This document shows, piece after piece, positions 62,875-64,000 of a DNA stretch of 64,000 nt (its first letter is position 1; every line of letters begins with the position of its first letter). The notes beneath the pieces are model-generated. The model was not told where the DNA came from. It saw nothing but the letters and a program-made list of their open reading frames with translations, and searched no databases. The stretch comes from Antedon mediterranea. Lineage: Eukaryota > Animalia > Echinodermata. The stretch lies in the NCBI RefSeq assembly GCF_964355755.1, contig NC_092672.1, forward strand, positions 29,642,437-29,706,436. The letters are read 5' to 3'. The position numbers and the translations under genes are program-made.

Positions 62875-63220
62875 CGATTACGCGGTCAGTCTACGCCGAA
62901 AGCAGCAAATTTCTGTTCGCATACTCAAACATTATCCGTTTTTGTTTTTGTTTCATGTTACTATGATAACGCAGTATACCCACATGCACAATTAGAAATC
63001 TGTAATTGGTTGTTTAGAAAATTTGCTTGGTATTTTTTCTGCAGAGGCTTATCTTCTGATATTTCATTCCGATTACGTAGCCAGTCCACGCGTGACGGCA
63101 ACCGCAACATGCTCGCGTACTCAAACATTATCCGTTTTGGGTTTTTTCATGTGACTATGATAACGCAGTATTCCACATGCATATTTAGGAATATGTAATT
63201 GTTGTTCAGAAAATTTAGCA
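62875..63220. repeat. Two ~195-bp degenerate tandem units
   Basis: cgattacg..actcaaacattatccgtttt..actatgataacgcagtat occurs twice. Confidence 0.75.
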
Positions 63221-64000
63221 AAATATTTTACTAATTTCTTTTCGCTAATACAGAGAATAGCAACAATTAATTTAGCTCCTTAACCTAAGATTTTATCAAA
63301 CCGGCGACGGCATAGAGATATCACTCAATTTGGATATTAGCGTTTTAGCGAAATAAAAAATGTATGATAGAAAATACTTTTAACAATTAAAATTGTTATG
63401 TTGATGAATTATCCATGGAATATTGTTGCATATAAAATACATATTGAAGAATAGATATTGATAAAAGAAAAAATACATTATTTGGTTCGCTTAAAGTACT
63501 TTTAAAATCATTTGTATGTGTGTAACAGCAGATTATTAATTGGCTGATGACCATATTTATGTCTGCATAAGTAGTCATTATTTCTCCAACAAATCTTGCA
63601 ATCTTGTAATGTAATAAGTAAAAGTACGTATTGGAATCATGCTTTTTTAACAAACAAGGCCATATACATTGCTGCAGTCGCGTGCACAAATCTGAGTGTG
63701 TTTATCGACCGACCAACATAGTGAGCTGTAGAGTCGCGTTTGCCCGCGACTAAAAACGACTCACGTAAATTAGCGATTGTACACAAGGGGATACCATTGT
63801 ATGGTATAAAATTTGGTTATAGTTAAGGCCAACTTAAACTAGGACAATAACGATCGACGATAAGTAGAAAAATATGCATTTTTACGCTGCTGCTCTAGCC
63901 CGCTACGTCCAATTAGGACTACTCAATCAGAAGCTAAAGCAAGCAGCAGTTATAGTTCTAAGGACAGTTTTGCAAAAAAGGAAACTCCACTATAATTTAT

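Overview
AT-rich eukaryotic genomic DNA with spliceosomal introns and many transposons. It is most likely a marine invertebrate deuterostome such as an echinoderm; this is inferred from gene architecture, TE types and abundant TAGGCCTA motifs. Main content: (i) a spliced minus-strand NLR gene (tandem DED, two 60-bp linker micro-exons, then NACHT plus ~10.5 near-identical 59-aa double-LRR units with hypervariable patches), 35055-47630; (ii) an inverted segmental duplication of the NLR 3' flank (423-12426 vs 32577-35032), whose left copy carries an 8.8-kb fold-back element built from ~965-bp tandem units, itself invaded by a TIR element with an 8-bp TSD; (iii) a BTB-BACK-Kelch pseudogene; (iv) a plus-strand multi-exon gene with F-type lectin, LamG-like and PAN/Apple domains, plus a decayed paralogous exon; (v) many LINE fragments, MITEs, Helitron/Helentron-type elements, Academ-like remnants and minisatellites. 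Alignments and coordinates were read by eye and may be off by a few bases. Family assignments come from motif recognition, not database searches.
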